From positions 885 through 64,884 of the forward strand of contig JAUNSR010000018.1 of NCBI GenBank assembly GCA_030539115.1: 64,000 bases of DNA, in the 5' to 3' direction. The position numbers were made by a program, and so were the translations under genes. Under the pieces are notes generated by a model that had not been told where the DNA came from, did not search any database, and saw only the letters and a list, made by a program, of their open reading frames with translations. The first letter of the stretch is position 1. Each line of letters begins with the position of its first letter. This DNA comes from Bacteroidales bacterium. Lineage in GTDB: Bacteria > Bacteroidota > Bacteroidia > Bacteroidales > JAUNSR01. Positions 41,497-51,189 of the stretch are shown here, piece by piece.

Positions 41497-41747
41497 ATAT
41501 TTCTATTTTTCACAAAAATAGGCTTTTAATACAATAAATAAAAGGTATTTTAAATTTGATGTACATATTTAATTGAACAGGCGTCCTATAAAACAATCGG
41601 AAATCCACCGACTTCTATTATTCCATATATTTCCAAAAGAATAATCAATAAATAAAAAACATATCCATCACTTACAATACTCAGGCAAAGGATTAATCGT
41701 AAGTTAACACTTTAAATAAAGCTGCGTCATAAAGCAAGCCATCATAA

Positions 41748-42497
41748 TTAAATCATATTAAGCAAGCCGGCTATTTTGCATGCCTCAATAGAGTTTTGTA
41801 CTCTTAATTTTGCCAATATGTTTTGTCTGTGACGGTTGACAGTATTAATGCTGATAGATAGATTTTGAGCAATCTCTTTGCTTAACTTCCCTTTTTCTAT
41901 CAATTTCAATATTTCTTTTTCTCTCAAAGAGAGTAAATCAATAATTTTCTTTTGATCTAAAGAAATTTTTTCACCGTTCAACGTGTTGAATATGTATGAT
42001 TCAGGGTCATAAACCGAAACGATATTATACAAGCACAAGGCAAAACGGATACTTTCGTCATTATCTTCTACAATATAAAATATTCGATGATTTATAGGAA
42101 CAATACCCTTAGAGGTGTTCATTTTTATACAACTAATCAGACAATAATTTTCCCTCTCAGCTCTTGATATACTTTTCATAAAATGGAAAAACTGAAGCTC
42201 ATCTATATTTTTATTTTCCATATCCGAAGAATATACAAACTTAAGGACCTCTTTCTCCCAAATCGATGGAATAGTTTGACAGGCGCCCTTTTTTCCTACA
42301 CCCAAAATATCAGCAATCCCGCCATAATATATATAGCTTACATCCTCTTTCATGTCACTTAAGACCGCAATTGAATTTTCAACAGTGGCATAACTTTCAG
42401 CAATCATTCTGCACCTTTCTACTTTTTGAATATCGCTGTCATCTGCAATGAATTGTTGTAAAAGTAGCTTATCGCTTAAGTTTTTATCAATTTTCAT
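41748..42497 (-). CDS. LuxR-family transcriptional regulator (C-terminal HTH, N-terminal sensory-like domain)
   Basis: LSLREKEILKLIEKGKLSKEIAQNLSISINTVNRHRQNILAKL is a canonical LuxR/GerE HTH. Confidence 0.88.
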   Translation of the reverse strand: MKIDKNLSDKLLLQQFIADDSDIQKVERCRMIAESYATVENSIAVLSDMKEDVSYIYYGGIADILGVGKKGACQTIPSIWEKEVLKFVYSSDMENKNIDELQFFHFMKSISRAERENYCLISCIKMNTSKGIVPINHRIFYIVEDNDESIRFALCLYNIVSVYDPESYIFNTLNGEKISLDQKKIIDLLSLREKEILKLIEKGKLSKEIAQNLSISINTVNRHRQNILAKLRVQNSIEACKIAGLLNMI

Positions 42498-42579
42498 ATA
42501 TTTCAGAATTGGAAATGGTTATTTATCAGTATTGGGGGCTCAACAGAGTTTAATTACTTTTGCAAAGTAATCATAAAAT

Positions 42580-43263
42580 ATGGTTAAAATATATTTAAAA
42601 ATTATGAGACTTATTATTTCTTATTGCTTATCAGCAATGTTGGCATTGGCTTCGGCTAATGCTCAGTCACTTGAAAAAATGCAGTGGTTTAACGAACCCG
42701 CAGAATGGGAGATTAAAGACAAGACACTAACAATGTTTGTAACTCCGCAAACCGATTATTGGAGAATATCACATTATGGATTTACTGTTGACGACGCACC
42801 GTTTTATTATACTTTGAGGGGTGGGGAATTCGAGGCAAAAGTTCAGATTTCTGCTGATTACATCGCAAGGTTTGATCAATCCGGATTAATGCTGAGAATA
42901 GATTCTGAAAACTATATCAAAGCCGGCATTGAATATGTTGATGGCAAATACAACATTAGCGCTGTTGTCACTCACAAAACAAGTGACTGGAGTGTAATTA
43001 CACTCGAAAAGCCTGTAAAAAGTATTTGGATCAAAGCTGTACGACGTCTTGATGCAGTTGAATTGTTTTATTCATTTGATGATAAGACTTATGTAATGAT
43101 GCGTAATGCATGGCTAAAGGACAATTGCCCTGTGATGGTTGGATTAATGGCAGCATGTCCTGACGGTAAAGGGTTCAATGCTGTTTTTAAAGATTTTTCA
43201 GTTAAGCATCTTCCCGATGCACGCAGATTGGAATGGCTAAAAAACAATGCTGAAAAACAATAA
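42580..43263 (+). CDS. DUF1349 (concanavalin-like) protein, probably secreted
   Basis: W.NEP..W.....L.......TDYW and GLM.R... segments resemble DUF1349. A signal-like MRLIISYCLSAMLALASANAQS follows if the ATG at 42604 is used. A TACTTTTG box lies at 42555-42562. Confidence 0.7.
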   Translation: MVKIYLKIMRLIISYCLSAMLALASANAQSLEKMQWFNEPAEWEIKDKTLTMFVTPQTDYWRISHYGFTVDDAPFYYTLRGGEFEAKVQISADYIARFDQSGLMLRIDSENYIKAGIEYVDGKYNISAVVTHKTSDWSVITLEKPVKSIWIKAVRRLDAVELFYSFDDKTYVMMRNAWLKDNCPVMVGLMAACPDGKGFNAVFKDFSVKHLPDARRLEWLKNNAEKQ

Positions 43264-43481
43264 CTTCCAAAAATCATTCATTGAAGATTTAGATACTGAA
43301 AATTATTATCCATATCATAACCAGAGCAAAATTGGAGAGTTGATTTCAGCATAAATGATATAATAATTTGATTTTCATTAAAACAAATAACATAAATATT
43401 CTTTTTGAGAACATGATTTAAATATAAATCTTTTAATAGATTTTGGAAATAGACACCTCAAAGTGTAAATAGATATTAAAC

Positions 43482-43526
43482 AAAAAAATCCGCAAAAACA
43501 GTGTTACTCTTTTGCGGATTTTTTTG
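43482..43526. terminator. Bidirectional terminator between the DUF1349 gene and the lipoprotein gene
   Basis: A-run, atccgcaaaa-N12-ttttgcggat (10 bp), T7. Confidence 0.8.
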
Positions 43527-43639
43527 TTCCCCCCATCGACATTGCTAAAGGGTGCTGTTTAATATTTCTTAATGGAACAGAATTGCAATATTTAAAATGT
43601 ATATTTCAATTCTGTTCATTTTAAATTTCTGAAATAATC

Positions 43640-44350
43640 TTAGTTGGTTGCATTTTCAGTATTAGGAAGAACTATATAGCCTGGAGTTTTTATATAAGAA
43701 TTCTGTTCTTTTGAGTTGAAAGAAATTTTAATGAACTTACTTCCTGAAATATATACTCTGTAAGTATTAATAAACACTTCTGTTTCCATAGATGTATCAT
43801 TCGATGTATACTTTTGATTTAAAGTATAAACGATTGTATCATTGACAACACCCTCAGAAGACAGATAAAATTTTGGATTACTTCCTTTAGGATAGGTACC
43901 TGCAAGATTCATATAATATCCCTGAGTTGTGTTTACAATATAAGGATAATCGAAATATGTCAATTTATCTGTTGCCTCAGTTGGAACATCTTGAGAATTT
44001 AACACTGGTGAAACTTCTATTTTCTCAAAAGTTACATTTGTCATTTTATAAGGTTTGCTAAGACTACCATTTACTCCCGATTCTTGATTATCATAATCAA
44101 TAGTAAATTTTGTAAGATAGATTCTATCTCCAATATTCAAATTAACCAAAGAATTAGTTACAGCCTCCGAATAAAAATAAAGGCCTTTGCTGCCGTCAGC
44201 TTCATAAAGGATATTTACACCATCAGAACCATTTACTGTAGCACACAAGTTATATGAAGAAATTTTATTTGAACTATCACCAAGACACGATGTGAAAAGA
44301 ACGGTAAATAAAAGAGATAATGTTAAAAGAGAAAATAGTGATTTTTTCAT
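43640..44350 (-). CDS. Hypothetical lipoprotein
   Basis: MKKSLFSLLTLSLLFTVLFTSC is a lipobox-type signal. It is the last gene of the ECF sigma operon. Confidence 0.65.
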   Translation of the reverse strand: MKKSLFSLLTLSLLFTVLFTSCLGDSSNKISSYNLCATVNGSDGVNILYEADGSKGLYFYSEAVTNSLVNLNIGDRIYLTKFTIDYDNQESGVNGSLSKPYKMTNVTFEKIEVSPVLNSQDVPTEATDKLTYFDYPYIVNTTQGYYMNLAGTYPKGSNPKFYLSSEGVVNDTIVYTLNQKYTSNDTSMETEVFINTYRVYISGSKFIKISFNSKEQNSYIKTPGYIVLPNTENATN

Positions 44351-44395
44351 AAATGTGATAATTAATTATTGTTGTTTGTATATTAAAATTTCAGG

Positions 44396-45748
44396 TTAAA
44401 AACTTGTTCTCAATCCAAAACGCACATCAAAAATCAGATCGTTTTTTGTCCATGAGAGAAAATAGCGGTTAGTATTGGCATAATGTGATAAAGAAGGCTC
44501 TGCAAAGATACTCAACCATTCGATTAAGTTGTAGGAAATGCCTGTTTTAACATTAAAAGATAAAAGAGGCTTTTTGATAGTCTTCTTCATTTCAAACATG
44601 TCATTGGATATATTATATGACTGTTCCATTTTGATATTAAAATCAATTTTACCACCAACTCCTCCATACCAGGAGAAATTGCCTGTTTTAAATATGTCAT
44701 ATCCTATTGATAATGGAACACCTAAAAACATTGCTTTTTGCTTTCCATCTAAAAGATTGTAATATTTATTTTCAAAGGTTGACTTGTGATAGCTCAAAAA
44801 CAGACCCGTTTCTAAAAATAGTCTGTCATTTAAATAATAGGCACCGCTTAAACCTAAAGTTATAGGAATATCATGTTTAAAATCGGAGCTTTTCATCGGA
44901 TCTTCAACTACCTTTTCATCAAATAAATTATTTTTCACATAACTAAATATTGCATTAGTGGTTGGAGCCTGCATCGCATAAAGTGAATTGCCGTTATTTG
45001 TGGAAATTGGCAGGTTTGAAGCCAAAATATTTAAATTGGCTTTAGCCTCACGTTTTTTCTTATTGTTTCGCAGGGAGGCATAATTTACATTATTTTCCTT
45101 TTCATTTAAAATCTTCTCATATTTGCTGTTCTCTGCAGATTCGTTTTTTTCATCAAGATTATTGCTTTGCCGGGAAGCTGCGCTGTTTTCCAAGCCTTCT
45201 AAATTCTCTTTTTCTTTTGAGACTGCATTTTGATTGTTTAAATCATCATTATTCGACAAATCAATGTTTGATGATTTGTTACCAATAATATTATTTTCAA
45301 CATCTGATTCTGAATCTTTGATGTTGCTGAAGGACTTGTCAGAAGTATGAGATAAATTTTCAGCAAACAGTAACGAAGTATTCTCTGACTCTGAATTTAT
45401 CTTTGAATGTATAGCATTGTCCGGGCTTGCACTATTTGAATTATTATTTTCAATATTAATATCATCACTTGACTGAGCGATTGATTGTAGGCTGTCGGCA
45501 TAAGTTGCATTTTGGGCAACATAATCAACATTATTCGAATTTTGGGAATTATTGTCTTTAAGCACAAACCATGTGCCCAATGAGAGTGAAGCTACAATAG
45601 CGGCAGCTATTTGAGCAAATCTCATAAAATAAATACGTTTACCCTTAGGAAGAGCCTTTTCTATCTCATTCCAACTGGGCATTTCACCATCATATTCCTG
45701 CGAATATAGTTTATCTTTAATTATATCTTCAAATCTTTTTTCATTCAT
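44396..45748 (-). CDS. Membrane-anchored protein with N/S-rich low-complexity linker and C-terminal outer-membrane beta-barrel-like (PorT/OMP_b-brl_2-like) domain; candidate anti-sigma partner
   Basis: Its start lies 13 nt after the sigma gene stop. A short N-terminal soluble part is followed by one hydrophobic helix (FAQIAAAIVASLSLGTWFVL). About 200 aa of N/S/D/E-rich sequence follow. The C-terminus has alternating-hydrophobic strands ending in the ...GLRTSF terminal Phe. Confidence 0.6.
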   Translation of the reverse strand: MNEKRFEDIIKDKLYSQEYDGEMPSWNEIEKALPKGKRIYFMRFAQIAAAIVASLSLGTWFVLKDNNSQNSNNVDYVAQNATYADSLQSIAQSSDDINIENNNSNSASPDNAIHSKINSESENTSLLFAENLSHTSDKSFSNIKDSESDVENNIIGNKSSNIDLSNNDDLNNQNAVSKEKENLEGLENSAASRQSNNLDEKNESAENSKYEKILNEKENNVNYASLRNNKKKREAKANLNILASNLPISTNNGNSLYAMQAPTTNAIFSYVKNNLFDEKVVEDPMKSSDFKHDIPITLGLSGAYYLNDRLFLETGLFLSYHKSTFENKYYNLLDGKQKAMFLGVPLSIGYDIFKTGNFSWYGGVGGKIDFNIKMEQSYNISNDMFEMKKTIKKPLLSFNVKTGISYNLIEWLSIFAEPSLSHYANTNRYFLSWTKNDLIFDVRFGLRTSF

Positions 45749-45761
45749 AATTCAATGTTTA

Positions 45762-46364
45762 TTATAAAGTTTGAAGCTCATGGATTATATTCTCAGCAGC
45801 AGTTTTTTCCTTTATATCTGCTTTTGAAGTAGAAAAAGAATAAGCTTCCTGAATTTTTCTTTGAAGCATTTTCCTTGCTCTTAAATACCGTGAACGGCAG
45901 GTACTCTCCTCCACTTCAAGCATCTTTGCAATTTCTGAATAGGAATACCCTTCAATGGCATACATATTAAAAACTGTTCTATAACCCATCGGCAATTTAG
46001 CAATTGTATTAAGTAATTCTTTGGCTGACAACTCTTCAATAACATTGTTGTCGGCAAAAACATTGTTCTCTATATCTGACAAATCAGCAGAATCCTTTAA
46101 GATATCTGATTTTCTTAGGTTTTCAAGAGCTGTATTAACAAAAACACGACGAACCCAACCTTCAAAAGAGCCTTTGAAAGCATACGATTCTAAAGTAGAA
46201 AACACTTTTACAAAACCCTCCTGCAATAAATCTTTTGCATCCTCTATATCGGAAGAATATCTGAGACAAACTGACATCATCTTCCTTGAATATAGTTCAT
46301 ATAAAATACTTTGTGCCTTTGAGTCCTTTTTCCTACACCTCTCAATAAGTTCAACTTCCGTCAT
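45762..46364 (-). CDS. ECF-type RNA polymerase sigma-70 factor
   Basis: Region 2 (LQEGFVKVF...F.GWV.R...N) and region 4 HTH (YSYSEIAKMLEVEESTCRSRYLRARKML). Start taken at the ATG at 46364; the track uses a TTG at 46379. Confidence 0.88.
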   Translation of the reverse strand: MTEVELIERCRKKDSKAQSILYELYSRKMMSVCLRYSSDIEDAKDLLQEGFVKVFSTLESYAFKGSFEGWVRRVFVNTALENLRKSDILKDSADLSDIENNVFADNNVIEELSAKELLNTIAKLPMGYRTVFNMYAIEGYSYSEIAKMLEVEESTCRSRYLRARKMLQRKIQEAYSFSTSKADIKEKTAAENIIHELQTL

Positions 46365-46390
46365 CGTGTCCTCATGCAATGTTCATATCT

Positions 46391-46430
46391 TAAAATAAAG
46401 ATGCAACATAATCATTTTATGTTGCATCTT
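46391..46430 (-). terminator. Intrinsic terminator after the DUF1015 gene
   Basis: aagatgcaacat-N9-atgttgcatctt (12 bp), followed in minus sense by ttatttta. Confidence 0.7.
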
Positions 46431-46457
46431 AGGTGATTTTTAACTTTATTTTAGAAC

Positions 46458-47702
46458 TTAGTATAGTTTATGAATAACCAAACCTGACCTGAGCTTTGGT
46501 TCAAACCAGGTTGTTTTTGGCGGCATGATGTTTCCTGTATCAGCAATATCCATCAATTGTTTCATGGTGACCGGATAAAGAGCCAATGCAATCATCATTT
46601 CTCCAGAGTCGACTCTTCGCTTCAACTCTTCCAAGCCTCTAAGTCCACCAACAAAATCTATTCTTTTACTTGTTCTGAGATTTTGTATACCAAGTATATC
46701 TTTTAAAATATGATCGGAGGAGATAGTAACATCCAATACGCCAATAGGATCCGAGTCATTATAAGAGCCCGGCTTTGCTGTAATAGAATACCAATTATTA
46801 TCTATGTAGACAGAAAAATTATGGAGACTCTCAGGATGATAAATTTCAGAACCTTTGTTGACAACATCAAAATTCTCTTTAAGCCTTTCTATAAACTGCT
46901 CAGTAGTGAGACTATTTAAATCTTTAACTACTCTATTGTAATCCATAATCTTAAGTTGTGATGCAGGGAAACATACGGCCATAAAAAAATTGTATTCCTC
47001 ATCACCATTGTGGTTTGGATTGTTTTTAGCCTTTTCAGCTCCCACTAAAGCTGCGGCGGCAGTTCTGTGATGTCCGTCCGCTATGTAAAGAGAAGGAATT
47101 GCAGAGAAAGCATCGGTGATTGTTTTTATCTCTTCTTCTTCATCAATAATCCAAAATGTATGACCAAATCCCTCTTCAGAAATAAAATCATATTCCGGTT
47201 CTCTTTTTGATACATTATTGATTATCTCTAACAATACATCATTATCAGGAAAGGCAAAAAAGACAGGTTCTATATTTGCATTATTAATTCTAACATGCTT
47301 CATTCTATCCTCTTCCTTGTCGACTCTGGTTAATTCATGTTTTTTGATTACACCTTTCAAATAATCGTCAACAAAAGCGGCTACAACAATGCCATATTGA
47401 GTACGGGTTCCCATTGTCTGTGCGTAGAGATAATAATTTTCTTTTTTGTCCTGCTTAAGCCAACCGTTATTTTGAAATTTAGCAAAATTTTCCGAAGCTT
47501 TTTGATAAACTTTAGAATCATGTTCGTCGGTTCCCGGTTCAAAATCAATTTCGGGTTTAATAATATGATATAATGAATGTTCATTATCTTTTGCCAAAAC
47601 TCGTGCTTCATCAGAAGAGAGTACATCATAAGGACGGGATGAGAGAGTTTTTGCAAGCTCTTTAGTAGGGCGAAGAGCTTTAAATGGTTTTACAATTGCC
47701 AT
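46458..47702 (-). CDS. DUF1015 domain protein
   Basis: Trimmed to the ATG at 47702 (MAIVKPFKALRP...). IADGHHR and PPKTTWFEPKL motifs are typical of DUF1015. Confidence 0.85.
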   Translation of the reverse strand: MAIVKPFKALRPTKELAKTLSSRPYDVLSSDEARVLAKDNEHSLYHIIKPEIDFEPGTDEHDSKVYQKASENFAKFQNNGWLKQDKKENYYLYAQTMGTRTQYGIVVAAFVDDYLKGVIKKHELTRVDKEEDRMKHVRINNANIEPVFFAFPDNDVLLEIINNVSKREPEYDFISEEGFGHTFWIIDEEEEIKTITDAFSAIPSLYIADGHHRTAAAALVGAEKAKNNPNHNGDEEYNFFMAVCFPASQLKIMDYNRVVKDLNSLTTEQFIERLKENFDVVNKGSEIYHPESLHNFSVYIDNNWYSITAKPGSYNDSDPIGVLDVTISSDHILKDILGIQNLRTSKRIDFVGGLRGLEELKRRVDSGEMMIALALYPVTMKQLMDIADTGNIMPPKTTWFEPKLRSGLVIHKLY

Positions 47703-48029
47703 AGAGATTAAATTTAAGGGTATTAATATTTTTGTTTTTTTCAAGTATTGACTGCATCATATTTGTGATACAGCTGTTTTCAATGATAATTAAATTTCCC
47801 TGAGAATAAAAATATTTATTAAAATTTGCATCCAACTTACAGATACATATAATGTTTATTCAAAAAAAAATAATATTTGCCATCAATAAAAACATATTCA
47901 GCACAACAATACAAAGCATTATCTTTTCTATTATAACAACAAAACGCACTGTCAATATTTGAAATGCCAAATTACAAATTTTGAGAGTGCGCTTTAATCT
48001 TATCATTCAATAAATTGAAATAACATAAA

Positions 48030-49535
48030 TTATTTCATGAATTTTCTTATTGTTGCATTAATTTGCTTTGCTGAAGCAGGCTTGGTAAGAATATCTGTAC
48101 ATCCTGCTTCTGAGGCCTCCTTTTTTAAAGATCTCACAGCATAAGCGGTAAGAATAATAATTGGCACAGAATCAGACTTTTGCCTTATTATTCTTGTTGC
48201 CTCAAGACCATCCATAACGGGCATCTTAATATCCATAAAAATAAAATCTACATTTTCATTTTCAAAGACCTCAACAGCTTTTTGCCCATTTTCAGCATGA
48301 ACAACATTGAACCTGCCTTCAAGGAGAGTTTTCATCATCATATAATTATAGACGACATCCTCAGCGACTAAAATAGTTGGTAAATCATGTTTTATCTCAG
48401 CAACGGCTTGCTCCTCCTCCTCTTCCATTTTGGTAGGCTCCTGTTTTACATCTGCAAGATTCAATGGAAAATCAATGATAAAGCTTGAACCTGCACCCTC
48501 AGAGGAGTTTACATTTATCTCGCCGTTCATTTTTCGAACCAAAGACTTGCACATTCTAAGCCCCATAAGCAAAGATGAATCATTTGCATCTGTTTTATCT
48601 TTGCTTGAAAAAAGATTTATCAATTGAGCGGATGGAGTTGAAGTGCCGGTATCATTGATTACAAAACGCAATTTATCGTCAATAATTTCATAGCCATAGC
48701 TTATATAGCCGGCCTGAGTATATTTAATAGAGTGCTCAAGAATATTGCCTAAAATCTGATTAAGCTTTTCCTTATCAATGATAATCTTCAGACTGTCATA
48801 GGTATTTGTAAATAAAAGCCTTACAGGTCCTTTTATCTTCATTGAATAGACTTGCTGTATTTCTACAAGGAATTCCCAAAGAGAAATTTTTTCTTCATTC
48901 AAGATATCTTGTTGATCTACTCCATCTGATAAATCAAGCACCCCGTCAATAAGACTCATTAGAATCTCATTGTTTCTTTTTATTATTTCGAGATATTTTT
49001 CTCTTTCCTCTTGATTGGTTTGATTAACTAAAAGCTCAGAAAAGCCAACAATGGAATGTAAAGGAGAACGGATTTCTTGAATAATAGTACTCCAAAAATC
49101 ATTATTCTTATTTGAAATATCTACAGCACTTTCCCTTTCTTTCTCTTTTTGGAACTCTTTTTCCTTTCTTTTTTCAATTGAGAAAGCAACCCCTTTCAAC
49201 ATGGTAGGTGTTCCATCCAATATTCTCTTTGTGACAGTACCTCTAAATTCATACCATCTGAATTTACCATCAGTTTTAATCCTTATATCTAAAGAAAAAT
49301 CGGGTTCAGCGATTGTTAATGAAGATATTTTTTCAAGTGCTATTTTAGAAATATCTTCCGGATAAATAACATCCAACAATCTATCGATAGAAACAAAATC
49401 GCCGCTATCTTCTGTTGACTCCTTTACTATGGATGGTAAATTTATGGAAATCTGTTTCTCCCTGACGTTAAATATCCAAGGAAAAATTTCAAACTCTTTG
49501 TAATCTGACTTTAAAAGAAATTGGTTCTCAATCAT
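48030..49535 (-). CDS. Hybrid sensor kinase-like protein (PAS / degenerate HisKA-HATPase_c / intact receiver), probable pseudokinase
   Basis: Trimmed to the ATG at 49535. The H-box reads IIQEIRSPL, with Gln (CAA, 49077-49079) where SHEIRTPL has His. The N-box reads NILEHSIKYT. G1 is DTGTS and G2 is LLMGLRM. The receiver keeps AED, FMDIKMP, ILTAY and TKP. Confidence 0.8.
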   Translation of the reverse strand: MIENQFLLKSDYKEFEIFPWIFNVREKQISINLPSIVKESTEDSGDFVSIDRLLDVIYPEDISKIALEKISSLTIAEPDFSLDIRIKTDGKFRWYEFRGTVTKRILDGTPTMLKGVAFSIEKRKEKEFQKEKERESAVDISNKNNDFWSTIIQEIRSPLHSIVGFSELLVNQTNQEEREKYLEIIKRNNEILMSLIDGVLDLSDGVDQQDILNEEKISLWEFLVEIQQVYSMKIKGPVRLLFTNTYDSLKIIIDKEKLNQILGNILEHSIKYTQAGYISYGYEIIDDKLRFVINDTGTSTPSAQLINLFSSKDKTDANDSSLLMGLRMCKSLVRKMNGEINVNSSEGAGSSFIIDFPLNLADVKQEPTKMEEEEEQAVAEIKHDLPTILVAEDVVYNYMMMKTLLEGRFNVVHAENGQKAVEVFENENVDFIFMDIKMPVMDGLEATRIIRQKSDSVPIIILTAYAVRSLKKEASEAGCTDILTKPASAKQINATIRKFMK

Positions 49536-50073
49536 AGCATTTCGATAAATTCTTAACAAACTTTAAAAAAAAGCATGTATACTATTTCACCTAAAATTCT
49601 GAATTCATTTCAGCCTTTAATTACTTTTCAATCATTTATAACAAAAAATACAACCCCCTATTGCTGCATAAACACCAATTACGAGGGATACTGTTTATAA
49701 AAAACAGAAGCAATTATTATTCTTTTTGTAACTATACAGTATAATTTAAATAAATAACCAAAAAAACGTTGCTTTAAAATGATTTGTAAAAAAAGTGCAT
49801 TTATTTTAATACAAATATATAAAAGAAATATTAATTAGGAGGTCTATGTTTTTTTTATTTGAATTGAATGTAAACAAGGAGGTAAAAAATATATCTTTCT
49901 TTATCAATATTTCAATTATTTTTTCTGTTTTTAAACAGCAGCATTGAATTTCAATCAAAAAATAGATTCATAAAAGGATAACAATAAAATGCCGTTGTAC
50001 ATACTTAATATCGTTAACAGTCTTTTTGAGGATAATGGAATTTTGTTGAAAATGATAAGAGTTGTTGACTTTC

Positions 50074-50123
50074 AAACAAAAAAATTCCGATGTAATAAAG
50101 ATTGTATCATTATTACATCGGAA
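50074..50123 (-). terminator. Intrinsic terminator after serA
   Basis: ttccgatgtaataa-N11-ttattacatcggaa (14 bp), followed in minus sense by tttttttgtttg. Confidence 0.85.
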
Positions 50124-50166
50124 GTAACTATAAAGAACAAATTATTAATTTATTAAAAACAAGCAT

Positions 50167-51084
50167 TTAATTTACTCTAAATTTATCGATTCCTTTTTTC
50201 AAGAAATCAACACATTGATGAGCAGCAGCCAAACCTGCATTTATGTTAGCTTCTTTAGTTTGAGCTCCCATCTTTTTTGGAGTAAAGAAAACTCTTCCTG
50301 AAAACTTATCAATAAATTCACTTGCATTGTCAGGTTTAATATCTGAGATGTAAGTAAAATCAGCTCTTTCCTCCATTAATTTTTTCAAACTCTCTTCATC
50401 AATAATCTCTTTGCGGGCTGTATTTATTAAAGTAGCACCTTTTGGCATCAATGAAAGAAGATCATAATTAATAGATTTAATTGTTTGAGGTGTTGCAGGG
50501 ATATGTAAAGAAACATATTGGCATTGTTTATAAAGATCCTCTAAGGTAGAGACCGGAATTACGTCCTCACTCTTAATCTGTTCCTCTGAAAGAAATGGAT
50601 CATAAGCATAGACTTTCATTCCAAAACCTTTGGCGATGCGGGCAACGTTTCTACTAACATTACCATAGGCATGAAGTCCAAGAGTCTTGTTTTTCAATTC
50701 TGTTCCTGTCGTACCATCAAAAACGTTTCTTGCCATCATAACAAGCATTCCAAAAACAAGTTCAGCAACAGCATTGGCATTCTGACCAGGAGTATTCATT
50801 GCTACAATACCATCTTTAGTTGCAGCCTTCAAATCAATATTGTCATAACCGGCTCCGGCTCTTACAACAAGTTTCAGGTTTTTTGCGGCATCTAAAACCT
50901 CCTCATCGATAATGTCACTTCTAATAATTACAGCATCTGCATCAATTATTTCATTTATAAGCTCTGCTTTGCTTGAATATTTTTCAAGAATAGACAAACG
51001 AATGCCTGCATCTTCAATTATCTCCCTCATCTGCCCAACGGCAACGGGAGCAAAAGGTTTTTCAGTAGCTATTAAGATTTTCAT
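50167..51084 (-). CDS. serA: D-3-phosphoglycerate dehydrogenase (short-form D-2-hydroxyacid dehydrogenase)
   Basis: NAD-binding GLHAYGNVSR and 2-hydroxyacid dehydrogenase blocks. It lies directly downstream of serC. Confidence 0.8.
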   Translation of the reverse strand: MKILIATEKPFAPVAVGQMREIIEDAGIRLSILEKYSSKAELINEIIDADAVIIRSDIIDEEVLDAAKNLKLVVRAGAGYDNIDLKAATKDGIVAMNTPGQNANAVAELVFGMLVMMARNVFDGTTGTELKNKTLGLHAYGNVSRNVARIAKGFGMKVYAYDPFLSEEQIKSEDVIPVSTLEDLYKQCQYVSLHIPATPQTIKSINYDLLSLMPKGATLINTARKEIIDEESLKKLMEERADFTYISDIKPDNASEFIDKFSGRVFFTPKKMGAQTKEANINAGLAAAHQCVDFLKKGIDKFRVN

Positions 51085-51189
51085 TTGTATATTATTTATC
51101 TTTTTACATCAAGGTACAAATGCGCCATTGTTTTTATCAAAATAATACTTACCAATAACAAAAACAATGATTCATTTACATATTGTGAA

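Noticed and set aside
41701-41740. aagttaacacttt (13/13 match to the hairpin of unit 9247) followed by gctgcg and caagcc, as a possible decayed cassette copy
   Set aside because: The order and spacing of the pieces do not match the unit, and the rest does not align. I cannot distinguish this from chance without a genome-wide alignment.
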